Of a DNA stretch of 64,000 nt, positions 18,459 to 28,954 are shown in pieces (within the stretch, counting starts at the first letter, position 1; the number at the start of each line of letters is the position of its first letter). Below the pieces are notes generated by a model. The model saw only the letters and a program-made list of their open reading frames with translations. It searched no databases and was not told the DNA's origin. The stretch lies in contig LCRY01000002.1 in NCBI GenBank assembly GCA_001004905.1, positions 1,559 through 65,558 of the forward strand, in the 5' to 3' direction. Position numbers and translations under genes: made by a program. Source of the DNA: Parcubacteria group bacterium GW2011_GWA1_56_13. Lineage in GTDB: Bacteria; Patescibacteriota; Minisyncoccia; Phycocordibacterales; Phycocordibacteraceae.

Positions 18459-18857
18459 ATGCGTGTTCTGAAATTCCTTGTCGCCGGCGCAACGGGCGTC
18501 AGCGTGAACCTCGGTATCTTTCATGTGTTGTATGTGGCCGGCATTCCATATCTGGGAGGCTCTGCCATCGCCGTCCTTCTTTCCATGACAGTCGGCTTCC
18601 TACTACAGAAATACTGGACGTTCGAGGATCGGACGCCGGAGCGCATGCCCGTGCAATTTTTCCAGTACGCAATGCTCGCACTCGGCAATGTGGCGTTCAA
18701 TACCGCCGTCATATATATTCTCATCGGCAAGCTTGGTGTTTTTTATCTATTTGCGCAGGCGATCGCCGCGGCGATCGTCGCGACGTACAGTTTTTTCGTC
18801 TATCGCCTATTCATTTTTAGGTCGCGGGTGGACAGTGGAAAAGTAGCGGGATTGTGA
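18459..18857 (+). CDS. GtrA-family protein
   Basis: KFLVAG, FLLQKYWTF, four TM segments. TGC-TACTAT 6 nt before ATG. Confidence 0.88.
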   Translation: MRVLKFLVAGATGVSVNLGIFHVLYVAGIPYLGGSAIAVLLSMTVGFLLQKYWTFEDRTPERMPVQFFQYAMLALGNVAFNTAVIYILIGKLGVFYLFAQAIAAAIVATYSFFVYRLFIFRSRVDSGKVAGL

Positions 18858-18876
18858 TTATACTGAACACCATATC

Positions 18877-19893
18877 GTGAAAGATATCCATACTTATTTC
18901 ATCACCGGCGTTGCCGGTTTTCTTGGAAGCCACCTCGCGGAGAGCTTGCTGAAGGACGGGCATCGCGTCATCGGTTGCGACAATCTCGTCGGCGGCTATC
19001 TCGACAACGTGCCGGCGGGAGTAGAACTGCACGCGATCGATTGCAGCGACCGCGCCAAGATGGCCGAACTCTTGCGTGGAGTTGAAGTGGTGTATCACAC
19101 TGCGGCATACGCCTACGAGGGACTTTCCGTTTTTTCACCATATCTCGTGTCTGAAAACATTTTCGGTGGAACGGTTTCGGTTGTCTCGGCTGCAATCGCG
19201 AACAAAGTGAAACGGTTCGTACAGTGTTCTTCGATGGCGCGGTATGGCACGCAGCCAATAATCCCGTTTACCGAAGATATGGACTGTCGGCCGCAGGACC
19301 CGTACGGCATCGCGAAGTATGCGGCGGAACTTACGGTGCGCAATCTCTGTGAGGTCCACGGCATGGAGTACGTTATTGCCGTGCCGCATAACATCATCGG
19401 CCCTCGTCAGAAATATGATGACCCTTTCCGCAATGTTGCGTCAATCATGATAAACCTCATGCTACAGGGGCGGCAGCCCATCATCTATGGCGACGGAGAA
19501 CAAAAACGCGGCTTTTCCTTCGTGGATGACGTGGTCGCGCCGCTGAAGCGCATGGGCACCGACGCCGCACCTGTCGGAGAAGTCATCAATATTGGTCCTG
19601 ATGACCAGTTTATCACTATCAACGAGCTTGCCGCGACTATCGCCAGACTGCTCGATTTCAAATTGGCGCCGGTCTACATGCCGGGTCGGCCCCAAGAGGT
19701 GCGATATGCGACTTGCAGTGCTGACAAAGCACGCAAGCTTCTTGATTACAAAACCACCATGTCGCTTGAGGACGGTCTCACCAGCATGATCCGGTATATC
19801 CGCACTCGCGGTCCAAAGTCGTTCCTCTATCACCTTGACCTTGAGATCGTGAACGACAAGACACCGCGGACCTGGAAGGACCGCCTCTTCTGA
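18877..19893 (+). CDS. NAD-dependent epimerase/dehydratase
   Basis: ITGVAGFLGSH, SSMARYG, PYGIAK, IYGDGEQKR. Confidence 0.9.
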   Translation: MKDIHTYFITGVAGFLGSHLAESLLKDGHRVIGCDNLVGGYLDNVPAGVELHAIDCSDRAKMAELLRGVEVVYHTAAYAYEGLSVFSPYLVSENIFGGTVSVVSAAIANKVKRFVQCSSMARYGTQPIIPFTEDMDCRPQDPYGIAKYAAELTVRNLCEVHGMEYVIAVPHNIIGPRQKYDDPFRNVASIMINLMLQGRQPIIYGDGEQKRGFSFVDDVVAPLKRMGTDAAPVGEVINIGPDDQFITINELAATIARLLDFKLAPVYMPGRPQEVRYATCSADKARKLLDYKTTMSLEDGLTSMIRYIRTRGPKSFLYHLDLEIVNDKTPRTWKDRLF

Positions 19894-19897
19894 TGCC

Positions 19898-20623
19898 ATG
19901 TACCGTGGTAAAAAAGTAAGCATTGTTCTCCCGGTATATAACGAGCGGGAGAATATACGCACGGCGATAGAGGAATTCCTCCAGCATCCAGCCGTGGATG
20001 AAGTGGTCGCCGTGGACAACAACTCCAAAGACGGCAGTGACACCGAGATTAAACTCACCTCGGCGAAGTATGTGAAGGAAACGGTGCAGGGATACGGAGC
20101 GGCGCTGCGGCGCGGCATGCGCGAGGCAACGGGCGATCTTATCGTAACGTGCGAGCCGGACGGCACGTTCCGCGCGGCCGATCTGGACCGGTTCCTGGTC
20201 TACAGTCAAGAGTACGATACGGTATTCGGCACGCGCACGTCGCGGAATCCTGTTTGGTCCGGCGGCGGCTCTGGTGCGAACATGGATTTCTTCTTGCGTA
20301 TGGGGAACTGGGCGGTCGCGAAGTTTCTCGAATATCTCTTCAATGGTCCGTCCTTTACGGATATCGGCTGCACCTACAAACTTATTCATCGTCTCGCCTA
20401 TGAGCGGATTAAACATTCACTCACGGTCGACGGTAGCTGGTTTTCTCCGGAGTATATGATTCGCGTGCTTCAGCATCGGCTATCCGTCGTCGAGATTCCC
20501 GTACGGTACGGCGCGCGCATCGGGACTTCGAAGATAACTGGCAGACGGTCCAAGGCAATCGCGCTCGGGTTCAGGATGATTTGGCTTATCGTTGTCGAAC
20601 GATTCAGGTCATGGCTGTCGTAA
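19898..20623 (+). CDS. Glycosyltransferase family 2 (DPM/DPG-synthase-like)
   Basis: PVYNE, VDNNSKDGS, QGYGAAL, EPDGTF, RIGTSKITG. Confidence 0.88.
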   Translation: MYRGKKVSIVLPVYNERENIRTAIEEFLQHPAVDEVVAVDNNSKDGSDTEIKLTSAKYVKETVQGYGAALRRGMREATGDLIVTCEPDGTFRAADLDRFLVYSQEYDTVFGTRTSRNPVWSGGGSGANMDFFLRMGNWAVAKFLEYLFNGPSFTDIGCTYKLIHRLAYERIKHSLTVDGSWFSPEYMIRVLQHRLSVVEIPVRYGARIGTSKITGRRSKAIALGFRMIWLIVVERFRSWLS

Positions 20624-20630
20624 TCAGCGC

Positions 20631-22433
20631 ATGAACAGGTCCACCCTTATGACGTACGCGGCCGCGATAAGAGATTTCCTGAGGGCCCGTCGTCCAATCG
20701 TGATGCTCATGGGGATCGTGCTCGCGCTTACCCTAGTCCCCATTCTCGACACCTACCTGATAGTCGGGGACGCATGGCGGGGCATCCTGCCCACGTTCAC
20801 CGACGAAACCATCTACCTCGCGCACGTGCAAACGGTAGGGGAGGGGTATCTGAGCGACGGCAACCCATACTTCCTCGAGCATCGCAATGACCCACCACTC
20901 GTCATCTTCGGCGGCGCGTGGCTGAACGCAGTTCCTCTTTTGGCGGGCATGCCGCTCAATGTGGCACTGATGCTTAATTTCATTTTGTGGAGTTTGCTGT
21001 TCGCCGTTTCCCTGTATTGGCTACTTCGGGAGTTCCGCATTCCATCGTGGCTCGCCGTGTTCACTACGGTACTCGTCTACTTGCAGTCATACGCCCATGT
21101 CTGGCGGCCGGCCAACCTGCAGCCAGTGTATCCCTTCTACTTTTTGTTCTATATCGCGCTTGCGCGCCTTATTCGCGAACAAAGCCGCAGAAATATCACG
21201 CTGCTCGCCCTTGCGACCGGCGCGCTCTTTTATCTTTTTGCGTATCTCTGGCAGATCGCCATTATCACGCTCGGTCTCCTTCTTTTGTATGCACTCGTCC
21301 GGAAGGACTGGCCATTAGCGAAAGCAACATTCATTTCGTCGCTTATCGGTGGCCTCATCGGACTCCCGGTGCCGCTTTACATGCTCTGGATCTCCCATGC
21401 CTCACCGTATTTTTGGGAAAGCATCAGCCGTTTCGGGCTTGTGAGTACGCACCTGCCCATGGCAGAAATCATCTACTCGGGCGGGTGGATCGGGTTGCTA
21501 CTCGTCTTCCTCGCGGTACTCTACTGGCGCTCGCGCCCGCTGCGCGGGGATGAAGAGTTCATCCTGCTCGGCTCGTTCATCGCCATAGGCGGTCTCGGCC
21601 TATGGGTCATGCAAGGGAGTAATCTTATAACCGGCAAGTTGCTTGAGACCGGTGAGCATGTTCGTATTTTGATGCTACCCTGGCTCGCCTTCTCCACGGT
21701 CATTGTCGGCATGTATGTATGGAGGCATCGCGTGCAGCTGTCGGGACCACTGCGATTACTCTCAGCCGGTATGTTCGCAGCTCTGTTGGCGGTGAATTTG
21801 TACTATACGTACTATTACTTCGCGCCTTTTTTCAAGGTAGAGGCGAATCGTGAATTCTGGCAGACCGAACAGTCATATGCCGCGCCATTCGCGTGGCTGC
21901 AACATGGTGAGAAGGCACCCGTCGTCGTGTGGAGCGATCCCAGCAATTACGCTACGCCGAGCCTGCCGGTCTTTACCAGGCATTTCACGCTTTTCACGGA
22001 GTTCAGTATGTGGCAACTGGTGTCTAATAGCGAATTTCGCGAACGGTACCTCGTCTCCCAATATTTTAACGACCCGACCGTAGAGGACTTGAAACGAGAA
22101 CTCCCAAGATACATGGGGCGTCAGGATGCCTTCCATAACGCCAAGACCATCGAGCGCGGGATAAAAATCTGCCGAATATTCTTTTTCTGGGACGCAGATA
22201 AAGACTGTGGCACGCCGCCGACCTCCATTGGTCTATTGGGAGAGGAATTCTTTACGAATATGGAGCGGAGATTTCGGACCGATATCAAGCCGAACATTAA
22301 AACGTATCTGGAGAAATATCACGTCTCTTACATACTGAAGGATGTTGCCCGCGACGCACAGTATCATCCCGAAGCGTTGGGCGCGGTGCGTGTGTACGCC
22401 GACGGCCATTTCGAGATTTATCGCCTGCCATGA
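20631..22433 (+). CDS. Large multi-TM membrane protein, probable GT-C-type transferase
   Basis: FTDETIY in the first loop, GNPYFLEH, many TM segments, soluble C-terminal domain. Confidence 0.55.
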   Translation: MNRSTLMTYAAAIRDFLRARRPIVMLMGIVLALTLVPILDTYLIVGDAWRGILPTFTDETIYLAHVQTVGEGYLSDGNPYFLEHRNDPPLVIFGGAWLNAVPLLAGMPLNVALMLNFILWSLLFAVSLYWLLREFRIPSWLAVFTTVLVYLQSYAHVWRPANLQPVYPFYFLFYIALARLIREQSRRNITLLALATGALFYLFAYLWQIAIITLGLLLLYALVRKDWPLAKATFISSLIGGLIGLPVPLYMLWISHASPYFWESISRFGLVSTHLPMAEIIYSGGWIGLLLVFLAVLYWRSRPLRGDEEFILLGSFIAIGGLGLWVMQGSNLITGKLLETGEHVRILMLPWLAFSTVIVGMYVWRHRVQLSGPLRLLSAGMFAALLAVNLYYTYYYFAPFFKVEANREFWQTEQSYAAPFAWLQHGEKAPVVVWSDPSNYATPSLPVFTRHFTLFTEFSMWQLVSNSEFRERYLVSQYFNDPTVEDLKRELPRYMGRQDAFHNAKTIERGIKICRIFFFWDADKDCGTPPTSIGLLGEEFFTNMERRFRTDIKPNIKTYLEKYHVSYILKDVARDAQYHPEALGAVRVYADGHFEIYRLP

Positions 22434-23590
22434 TAAAGAAGATGTACTACATTGCGAATGCACGCATGCCGAACGAGAAAGCGCACGGCATTCAGATCGC
22501 AAAGATGTGCGAAGCGTTTGCAGAAGCTGGCGAGAATGTAGTCCTTGTCGTGCCTGGGAGAGGATCTCCGTCGGCGGACCTGCGCTCTTTTTACCAGCTT
22601 CGCGTCGATATTTCCCTGGTGCGCCTTCAGGTTCCGGATCTGTATACGTGCGGGAGGACGGGTTTCCTGGTGAGCTCCGTGCTCTTTATGATGCGGTGCG
22701 TTTTTTTCCTGTTCGAAAAACGCATTCGCGGCGAGCGGTTTCTCATATATACGATCGATATGGATACATTCTCAACGATGGTCCTGCCACTTTTGGGGAT
22801 GTGCGTCACCGAAATACACGCGCCAAAGAAGGCAACGGCGGTCCAGCGTTTCTTCTTTAAGCATGTGCGGGGAGTCGTCGCAACAAATGCGCTGACCAAG
22901 GCATCGCTCGCGAAGACATTCTCATTCCCGCTACCTCGCATGATCGTAGAACCGAACGGGGTGGACGCTCAGATGTTCGCATCTTTCATGCCCAAGGACG
23001 AAGCGCGTCGGCGTCTTTCATTGCCGCCGGCGGAGAAGATCGCACTGTACGTGGGGCGATTGTATCCTTGGAAAGGTCTTGAAATCCTTCCCGTTGTCTG
23101 CGAGAAACTCGTTAAGAACGGAATATCCTGTTACGTGGTCGGAGGCACGGCCGAAGAGCTCGAACGTCTTTCAGGAAACGACCTCCCGCCGAACCTACAC
23201 TGCGTGGGAGCCAAGGCAGCGCGCGACATACCGGCGTGGATTGCCGCTTCCGATGTGGCATTGGTATTGGGTACAGCGCATAATGAGGAATCATACCGCT
23301 TCACATCTCCGATGAAATTATTCGAATACATGGCATCTCGAATCCCGATGGTGGCAAGCGGGACCCCTGCGCTCAAGGACGTGCTTACGGACCGGGATGC
23401 GTTGTTTTACGAACCGGACAATCCCGCCTCACTCGCCCAGAGGATTACCGAGGCGGTAACTCACTCAAAAGAAAACGCCGTTCGCGTGAATCGCGCCTAT
23501 GAGAAAGCGCAGGAACACACCTGGGGCGAGCGCGCGCAGCGTATCCTCGCTTTCTGCGCTTTCGTGGCAGGGCGTGCAAAAACCGTATGA
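22430..23590 (+). CDS. Glycosyltransferase family 4
   Basis: EKAHGIQI, PNGVD, YVGRL, TSPMKLFEYMAS. Confidence 0.9.
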   Translation: MIKKMYYIANARMPNEKAHGIQIAKMCEAFAEAGENVVLVVPGRGSPSADLRSFYQLRVDISLVRLQVPDLYTCGRTGFLVSSVLFMMRCVFFLFEKRIRGERFLIYTIDMDTFSTMVLPLLGMCVTEIHAPKKATAVQRFFFKHVRGVVATNALTKASLAKTFSFPLPRMIVEPNGVDAQMFASFMPKDEARRRLSLPPAEKIALYVGRLYPWKGLEILPVVCEKLVKNGISCYVVGGTAEELERLSGNDLPPNLHCVGAKAARDIPAWIAASDVALVLGTAHNEESYRFTSPMKLFEYMASRIPMVASGTPALKDVLTDRDALFYEPDNPASLAQRITEAVTHSKENAVRVNRAYEKAQEHTWGERAQRILAFCAFVAGRAKTV

Positions 23591-24663
23591 CGATAGGCAT
23601 TGTCACCGGCTTCTCCGCAGCGCACGCCGCCGGTCTTGAAGAGTTTTTCCTCAGCCTCCTTGCCGGCCTGGATAAGATACGGGCATCCGGAATCGAATGC
23701 CGCATCTATACGAAAGCAGGAAACGGCCTTCGGGAAGAACTGCATAGACGCGGTCTCGCTCATTTTCCGACCATCGCAGTGCCACTCGGCCCGTTATGGA
23801 AATCGGTTGGTTTACTCCTTGTCCCTCGGTCGGACGTATATCTCTGGAACGGGCCGCTCATGCCGCTATGGATTTCTCGCAGGTCTGCGATTTTGGTATA
23901 CGATTTTGCCTATAGGCACTTCGGGTCCCCGTCAATGTGGACATGGTTCCTGGACTTTTTCTCACGACTGTCATTTCGCATGGCGCGGAAAATCATAACC
24001 ATTTCGCACGCGACGCGGCAGGACCTGATTCAGCAATACGGTGTTCCGGCCGGGAAGATAGAAGTCATTTATCCTGGACGGAAAGAATTCTCACTGATCG
24101 CCGAGAAACCGATCGATGTGCCGCCGCGTGGGTATTTCTTGTTTGTCGGCACGACAAAGGAACGTAAAAACGTCCTGAATCTGATACGGGGGTTCGCGAA
24201 TATCTCCGCCAGAGTGCCGCAAGACCTCGTTGTGGCGGGACGGTGCGACTTCTCTTCGCTGTACGGGAGGAATGTTGCCGCCTTCGTGGCCGAAAAGAAT
24301 TTAAAGAACCGCATCCATTTTCTAGGTCCCATAAGCGACGAAGTGCTCGCATTCCTGTATCGAAACGCCATAGCGTTCGCGTTTCCTTCCGCGTTCGAAG
24401 GATTCGGCATGCCGGTCGTGGAAGCGATGAGTGAAGGCACGCCGGTCTTGACATCGAACGTGAGTTCGCTTCCGGAAGCAGCCGGAGATGCCGCACTGCT
24501 GGTGGACCCGTTCGACCCGCAAGCCATCGGAAATGCTCTCCTCCGGCTCGCGCGTGACCCCGGCCTTCGGCAAGCGATGATCGAGGGAGGAAGGAAACAT
24601 GCCGCCAGATTTTCCTGGGAAACGAGCGCGAAACGATTCCTTGATGTATTATCGGCCCTATGA
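23587..24663 (+). CDS. Glycosyltransferase family 4 (mannosyl/rhamnosyl-transferase-like)
   Basis: VGTTKERKN, FPSAFEGFGMPVVEAM, SSLPEAAGDAA. Confidence 0.92.
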   Translation: MTIGIVTGFSAAHAAGLEEFFLSLLAGLDKIRASGIECRIYTKAGNGLREELHRRGLAHFPTIAVPLGPLWKSVGLLLVPRSDVYLWNGPLMPLWISRRSAILVYDFAYRHFGSPSMWTWFLDFFSRLSFRMARKIITISHATRQDLIQQYGVPAGKIEVIYPGRKEFSLIAEKPIDVPPRGYFLFVGTTKERKNVLNLIRGFANISARVPQDLVVAGRCDFSSLYGRNVAAFVAEKNLKNRIHFLGPISDEVLAFLYRNAIAFAFPSAFEGFGMPVVEAMSEGTPVLTSNVSSLPEAAGDAALLVDPFDPQAIGNALLRLARDPGLRQAMIEGGRKHAARFSWETSAKRFLDVLSAL

Positions 24664-25688
24664 AGAAACGGCGCGCCCTCATAACCGGCATTACGGGCCA
24701 GGACGGATCCTACTTGGCAGAGCTGCTGCTTGAGAAAGGGTACGACGTGCACGGCCTTATCCGGCGCTCGAGCCGCGACCCTCTCGTCCGCCTTTCATCC
24801 CTCAAGGATCAAGTGGTGTTCCATTACGGCGATCTGCGCGATCTCGCGGCGCTCGAACGCGCCATCGCGCAGTCGGACCCGCACGAGATCTACAACCTCG
24901 CGGCGCAATCCGACGTCGGCATCTCTTTTAAGGTGCCGGAAGAAACATATGAAATCAACTATGCGGGCGTCGGCCGCCTGGTCGACGCCGCGATGCGGCA
25001 CAATCCGGACGTGAGGATTTACCAGGCATCAACATCGGAAATGTTCGGTGCGACTCCGCCGCCCCAGCACGACGAATCCCCCATGTTGCCCGTCTCGCCG
25101 TACGGCATAGCAAAACACAAGGCGCATGAGGATTATGTAAAAGGGTATCGCGAGCGACACGGCCTTTTCATCTGCTCGGGCATTCTTTTCAACCACGAAA
25201 GCCCGCGCCGCGGCGAGCATTTCGTCACGCGGAAGATTACCATCTCCTTGGCGAAAATACAGGCAGGTCAGCAGGAACGATTGATGCTCGGCAATCTGAA
25301 CGCGAAACGGGACTGGGGGTACGCGCCCGATTATGTGCATGCCATGTGGCTCATGCTGCAGCAGGATCGCCCGCAGGATTTCGTCATAGCGACCGGAAAA
25401 CAGCGATCGGTGCGCGAATTTCTGGCGCTTGCCGCTGCGGCGATCGGCATGCCGCTCACATTCGAAGGTTCGGGAGAAAAGGAGGTCGGCCGCGACGCGT
25501 CGGGGACCGTCCGGGTCGCGGTCGATCCGCGGCACTATCGTCCATCGGAGGTGCATTCATTGCTCGGTAACGCGAAAAAGGCGATGCGGGTTCTCAAATG
25601 GAAACCGAAGGTTTCGTTTGCCGAACTCGTCCGCATCATGGCTGAAGCCGACCTGAAGGCCGTGCGCGATGGGCTCAAGGTCTCGTAA
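24660..25688 (+). CDS. gmd: GDP-mannose 4,6-dehydratase
   Basis: LITGITGQDGSYLAE, YQASTSEMFG, LFNHESPRRG, FVTRKI, KRDWG. Confidence 0.95.
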   Translation: MKKRRALITGITGQDGSYLAELLLEKGYDVHGLIRRSSRDPLVRLSSLKDQVVFHYGDLRDLAALERAIAQSDPHEIYNLAAQSDVGISFKVPEETYEINYAGVGRLVDAAMRHNPDVRIYQASTSEMFGATPPPQHDESPMLPVSPYGIAKHKAHEDYVKGYRERHGLFICSGILFNHESPRRGEHFVTRKITISLAKIQAGQQERLMLGNLNAKRDWGYAPDYVHAMWLMLQQDRPQDFVIATGKQRSVREFLALAAAAIGMPLTFEGSGEKEVGRDASGTVRVAVDPRHYRPSEVHSLLGNAKKAMRVLKWKPKVSFAELVRIMAEADLKAVRDGLKVS

Positions 25689-25722
25689 CCATTCGACGCG
25701 CGCACAGCGTTATAAAAAATAC

Positions 25723-27591
25723 ATGAGCAAAGAACAGGACGCTCTGCTCGTCTTGTATGAGCAATCTCATGCGGACCTAGCGACGTCGGGAACGCGCGTC
25801 GCGTGCCTCAACTTCTGGCTTGAACAAGAACTCAAGTCACGCGGCATCGCCTGCCTCTCGCTGGGTGACTGTCCATCAGATGGCGTACGTACGGCGGAAC
25901 TGGTGAATGCAACACGGGCCGCCGCACGAGAATGGTACCGACTGCCTGCGATGAATTTTTTTATGCACAAAGGGATACCTATTGGCGAGGCATTCGAGCC
26001 AATGGTCGATACGTATCTTGGACGTCTTGCGTACTGGCGTTACTCCTCAACGAGGATACTCGATGCTGTACCTGAGACCACAGAGCTCATCATCCCGCAT
26101 AGTACTGTGGAAATATCGGCGACGGCAGGCCCGCTCGCTCATTTTGAAGTGCGGGCCGCAGTGGATGCGGCGCGCTCGCTCGCGACGGAACGCGGTCTCG
26201 CATTCCGTACGCTCGGGGATGCATCCCGACCTCCGGCGCGGCATGTGTATCCGCGCTCGCGCCTCCAAGAGACAATCGTCGCGTTCTACAACTTTTGTAT
26301 CGGTTTCGCACCTCGTCGGCCGCTGAAAATCTTCGCGAGCGAGTATTGGCGCAACATAGCTCCGTTCATCACGCGGATGGATGACGCGGAGCTTGTGCTC
26401 ATGGAACGCGGCGAGTTCAAAAACATTCCCTGGCGGCAATTGTGGGGGCATCGGATACGCTTCATGCATCCGCGCGCCGTTGCGCGCGGCACGTGCCGCG
26501 CCGCGGCTCGTAGCGCCACAGAGGGATTTCGCGCTGCGTGGCCGGCCGCGCGGCTGGCACTTAAAGATTGGGAGGGATGGAAGCGTGCCGATATCCCATG
26601 GGCGGTCGTGGAACCGGCCCTGGAGTATCTCGTCGGGACGTACGCCGAGCGCATCGTTGCAGATATGGAAGGGCTCGAACGAATCGTGGTGCGTGAGAGG
26701 CCCGATAAGGTGCTATTGCGTGCTTCAGTTGGCGGTCGGCAGCCGCATTTCTTTCTTGCCGCGAGGGTCGCTCGGCGACTCGGTATCCCCTCGATAGAAC
26801 TCCAACACGCGGGTGCGTACGTGGACCCGCGTTCGGTGCTCTCGCGGCTTGAGACGGACTACCTCGCCGCGTACGGCTCGCATGAGCGCGAATTTTATGA
26901 GCAGAATGGCTATGCGCCGGAGCGCATCATCCTCGTCGGGTCTCCGCGCTTCGACCGTTGTATTGCCGAGCGTTTGCAGGCACAGGCGCACGGCACACGT
27001 CTGCTACAAGAAGCCGGACTTGACCCCGCGCGGCCAGTGCTCCTGGCGGCGGTGCCCGACGAGGGGGTCGGCTTCGGCATCGACTCGTTCATGCTCGCCG
27101 ACTTTTTCCGCGCCGTAGCGAGCATACCGGCCCGCACGCCGGGATTGCAGGTCGTCTTCAAGTTCCGTCCCGGCAATCGAGAGCAGGCGTCACGTGACTT
27201 TGCGCGCAGTCTTGTTCCTGATGCCGTGTGCATGGCAACCGAAGATCTCTTTTCTCTCATCTGCGCATCGGATATAGCGATATGTGGCAACTCTACCGTC
27301 ATCTATGAGGTGCTCATCGCCGGTAAACCGCTTTTGCTCCACCCTTGGCGCAAGGACGACACGTATCATGCGCGGATGTACGCCCCTGCGGCCCCGATCC
27401 TATACGCCGCCGCGGAACTCGCAGAAGCAGTCGCGCGAGCGCTCTCCGACGACGCATATCGGCGAGAACTCATTGCCCGTGGCCGGGATTTTCTACAGGG
27501 GTATTCTTTTGACGGAAAATCGGCGCAGCGTATGGCGTCGCTATTGCATAACAATTTAGCCTGCGTACCCTCTGGTATAGTCGCTCTATGA
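25723..27591 (+). CDS. GT-B fold protein (CDP-glycerol transferase/capsule-biosynthesis-like); candidate ulosonate transferase
   Basis: ELQHAG, VGSPRFD, KFRP, SDIAICGNSTVIYEVLIAGKP. Confidence 0.55.
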   Translation: MSKEQDALLVLYEQSHADLATSGTRVACLNFWLEQELKSRGIACLSLGDCPSDGVRTAELVNATRAAAREWYRLPAMNFFMHKGIPIGEAFEPMVDTYLGRLAYWRYSSTRILDAVPETTELIIPHSTVEISATAGPLAHFEVRAAVDAARSLATERGLAFRTLGDASRPPARHVYPRSRLQETIVAFYNFCIGFAPRRPLKIFASEYWRNIAPFITRMDDAELVLMERGEFKNIPWRQLWGHRIRFMHPRAVARGTCRAAARSATEGFRAAWPAARLALKDWEGWKRADIPWAVVEPALEYLVGTYAERIVADMEGLERIVVRERPDKVLLRASVGGRQPHFFLAARVARRLGIPSIELQHAGAYVDPRSVLSRLETDYLAAYGSHEREFYEQNGYAPERIILVGSPRFDRCIAERLQAQAHGTRLLQEAGLDPARPVLLAAVPDEGVGFGIDSFMLADFFRAVASIPARTPGLQVVFKFRPGNREQASRDFARSLVPDAVCMATEDLFSLICASDIAICGNSTVIYEVLIAGKPLLLHPWRKDDTYHARMYAPAAPILYAAAELAEAVARALSDDAYRRELIARGRDFLQGYSFDGKSAQRMASLLHNNLACVPSGIVAL

Positions 27592-28238
27592 GAACATTAC
27601 TAAAACGACTCGCGCACGGGACGGTCAGAATACTTGAACACATTCAAGTGTTCTATATTCCGAGCGAGCTTCCCTTGAAGACGAAGTTGTCATTTCTTTT
27701 CGGACGGTACGAAATTGAAACGTCAAAATATATCCGGAAGAATGTCCGCGGGGGTGTGGCATTTGATATCGGTGCGCATATAGGGTATTACAGTCGCCTC
27801 CTTGCTCCACTCGTTGATACGGTATATGCGTTTGAACCTGAACCGCGCAATTTCGCCCTTCTTGTTAAGAATACTAAGAAGTACCGAAACATTGTGCCAG
27901 TTAATGCGGCGGTTTCTGATATAGTTGGCCGGCAGGATTTTTTCATTGTGAAAAATTCAACGTTTAGACATTCTTTGATAAATGAAGGAGATTGCGAGAG
28001 TGTGACTGTGGACACGACAACGCTTGATGCTTTTGTGAACAAAAAAGGAATAAGAAATGTTTCGTTCGCAAAAATAGACGTCGAGGGGCATGAAAAGGAC
28101 GTACTAGTTGGAATGAAAGAGGTCATAAAGAACTGTCATCCGCTTGTCATTGCTGAAATGCCGATGAATGATACCTATACTCCTGTGTCCGCAGTAATCG
28201 GACGGCAAGGCATACTGAGGAATTATATTATTGTATGA
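27588..28238 (+). CDS. FkbM-family methyltransferase
   Basis: FDIGAHIG, AFEPEP, KIDVEGHE. Confidence 0.9.
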   Translation: MRTLLKRLAHGTVRILEHIQVFYIPSELPLKTKLSFLFGRYEIETSKYIRKNVRGGVAFDIGAHIGYYSRLLAPLVDTVYAFEPEPRNFALLVKNTKKYRNIVPVNAAVSDIVGRQDFFIVKNSTFRHSLINEGDCESVTVDTTTLDAFVNKKGIRNVSFAKIDVEGHEKDVLVGMKEVIKNCHPLVIAEMPMNDTYTPVSAVIGRQGILRNYIIV

Positions 28239-28954
28239 AGGACCCTTTTGAAGCTTTCGGTGCACTCGCCCGTTCGGACGCCTCGGTTACGCTTAAGGCG
28301 GGCCGTCGCAACATGCAAGCCGAAGCCGAAAGTTTCATACCTGAAGACATTGTTCAAAAGCTCTCGCTTACATCAGGCCAGTCATTGCTTGAAATCGGCT
28401 GCGGCCCCGCTACGATACTGAAAGAGCTTGCGCCGTATGTCTTTCGGACTGTCGGTATCGACCATACAGACGTGATTGCGGTTGCGAAAGAACAATGCAA
28501 AAGCACCGGCATAGTATTTATCGCCGGCGCGTTTCCAGAAACTCGTTTGAACGAGACTTTTGACCGGATTCTTATGTACTCCGTGATTCAGTATCAAGCA
28601 AATCTAGCTGGAGCTTTTCGTTTTGTTGATGCGGCGCTCGCATTGCTAAATCCAATGGGAAAGCTCTTGATTGGGGATATTCCAAACGCTGACAGGACCC
28701 GCCGCTTTAGGGAAAGCGAGGAAGGAAAGAAATTTGAAATGGAATGGGCCGCGCGAAAAGGAATAGAGCTTGCGACCTACGAAGACCCATTCACGCTCTT
28801 TGCAGATGCCGTTACGCTCGGATTCGACGATGCGCGAATAGACGAGTTTATCTCGCATTATCGCAAACGCGGTTACCAAGTATCGACTCTCCCGCAATCA
28901 CACAAGCTTCCTTACGGATATACCCGAGAGGATATGCTCATCCAATCACTATGA
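28235..28954 (+). CDS. Class I SAM-dependent methyltransferase
   Basis: LLEIGCG, YSVIQY, LLIGDIPN. Confidence 0.85.
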   Translation: MKDPFEAFGALARSDASVTLKAGRRNMQAEAESFIPEDIVQKLSLTSGQSLLEIGCGPATILKELAPYVFRTVGIDHTDVIAVAKEQCKSTGIVFIAGAFPETRLNETFDRILMYSVIQYQANLAGAFRFVDAALALLNPMGKLLIGDIPNADRTRRFRESEEGKKFEMEWAARKGIELATYEDPFTLFADAVTLGFDDARIDEFISHYRKRGYQVSTLPQSHKLPYGYTREDMLIQSL

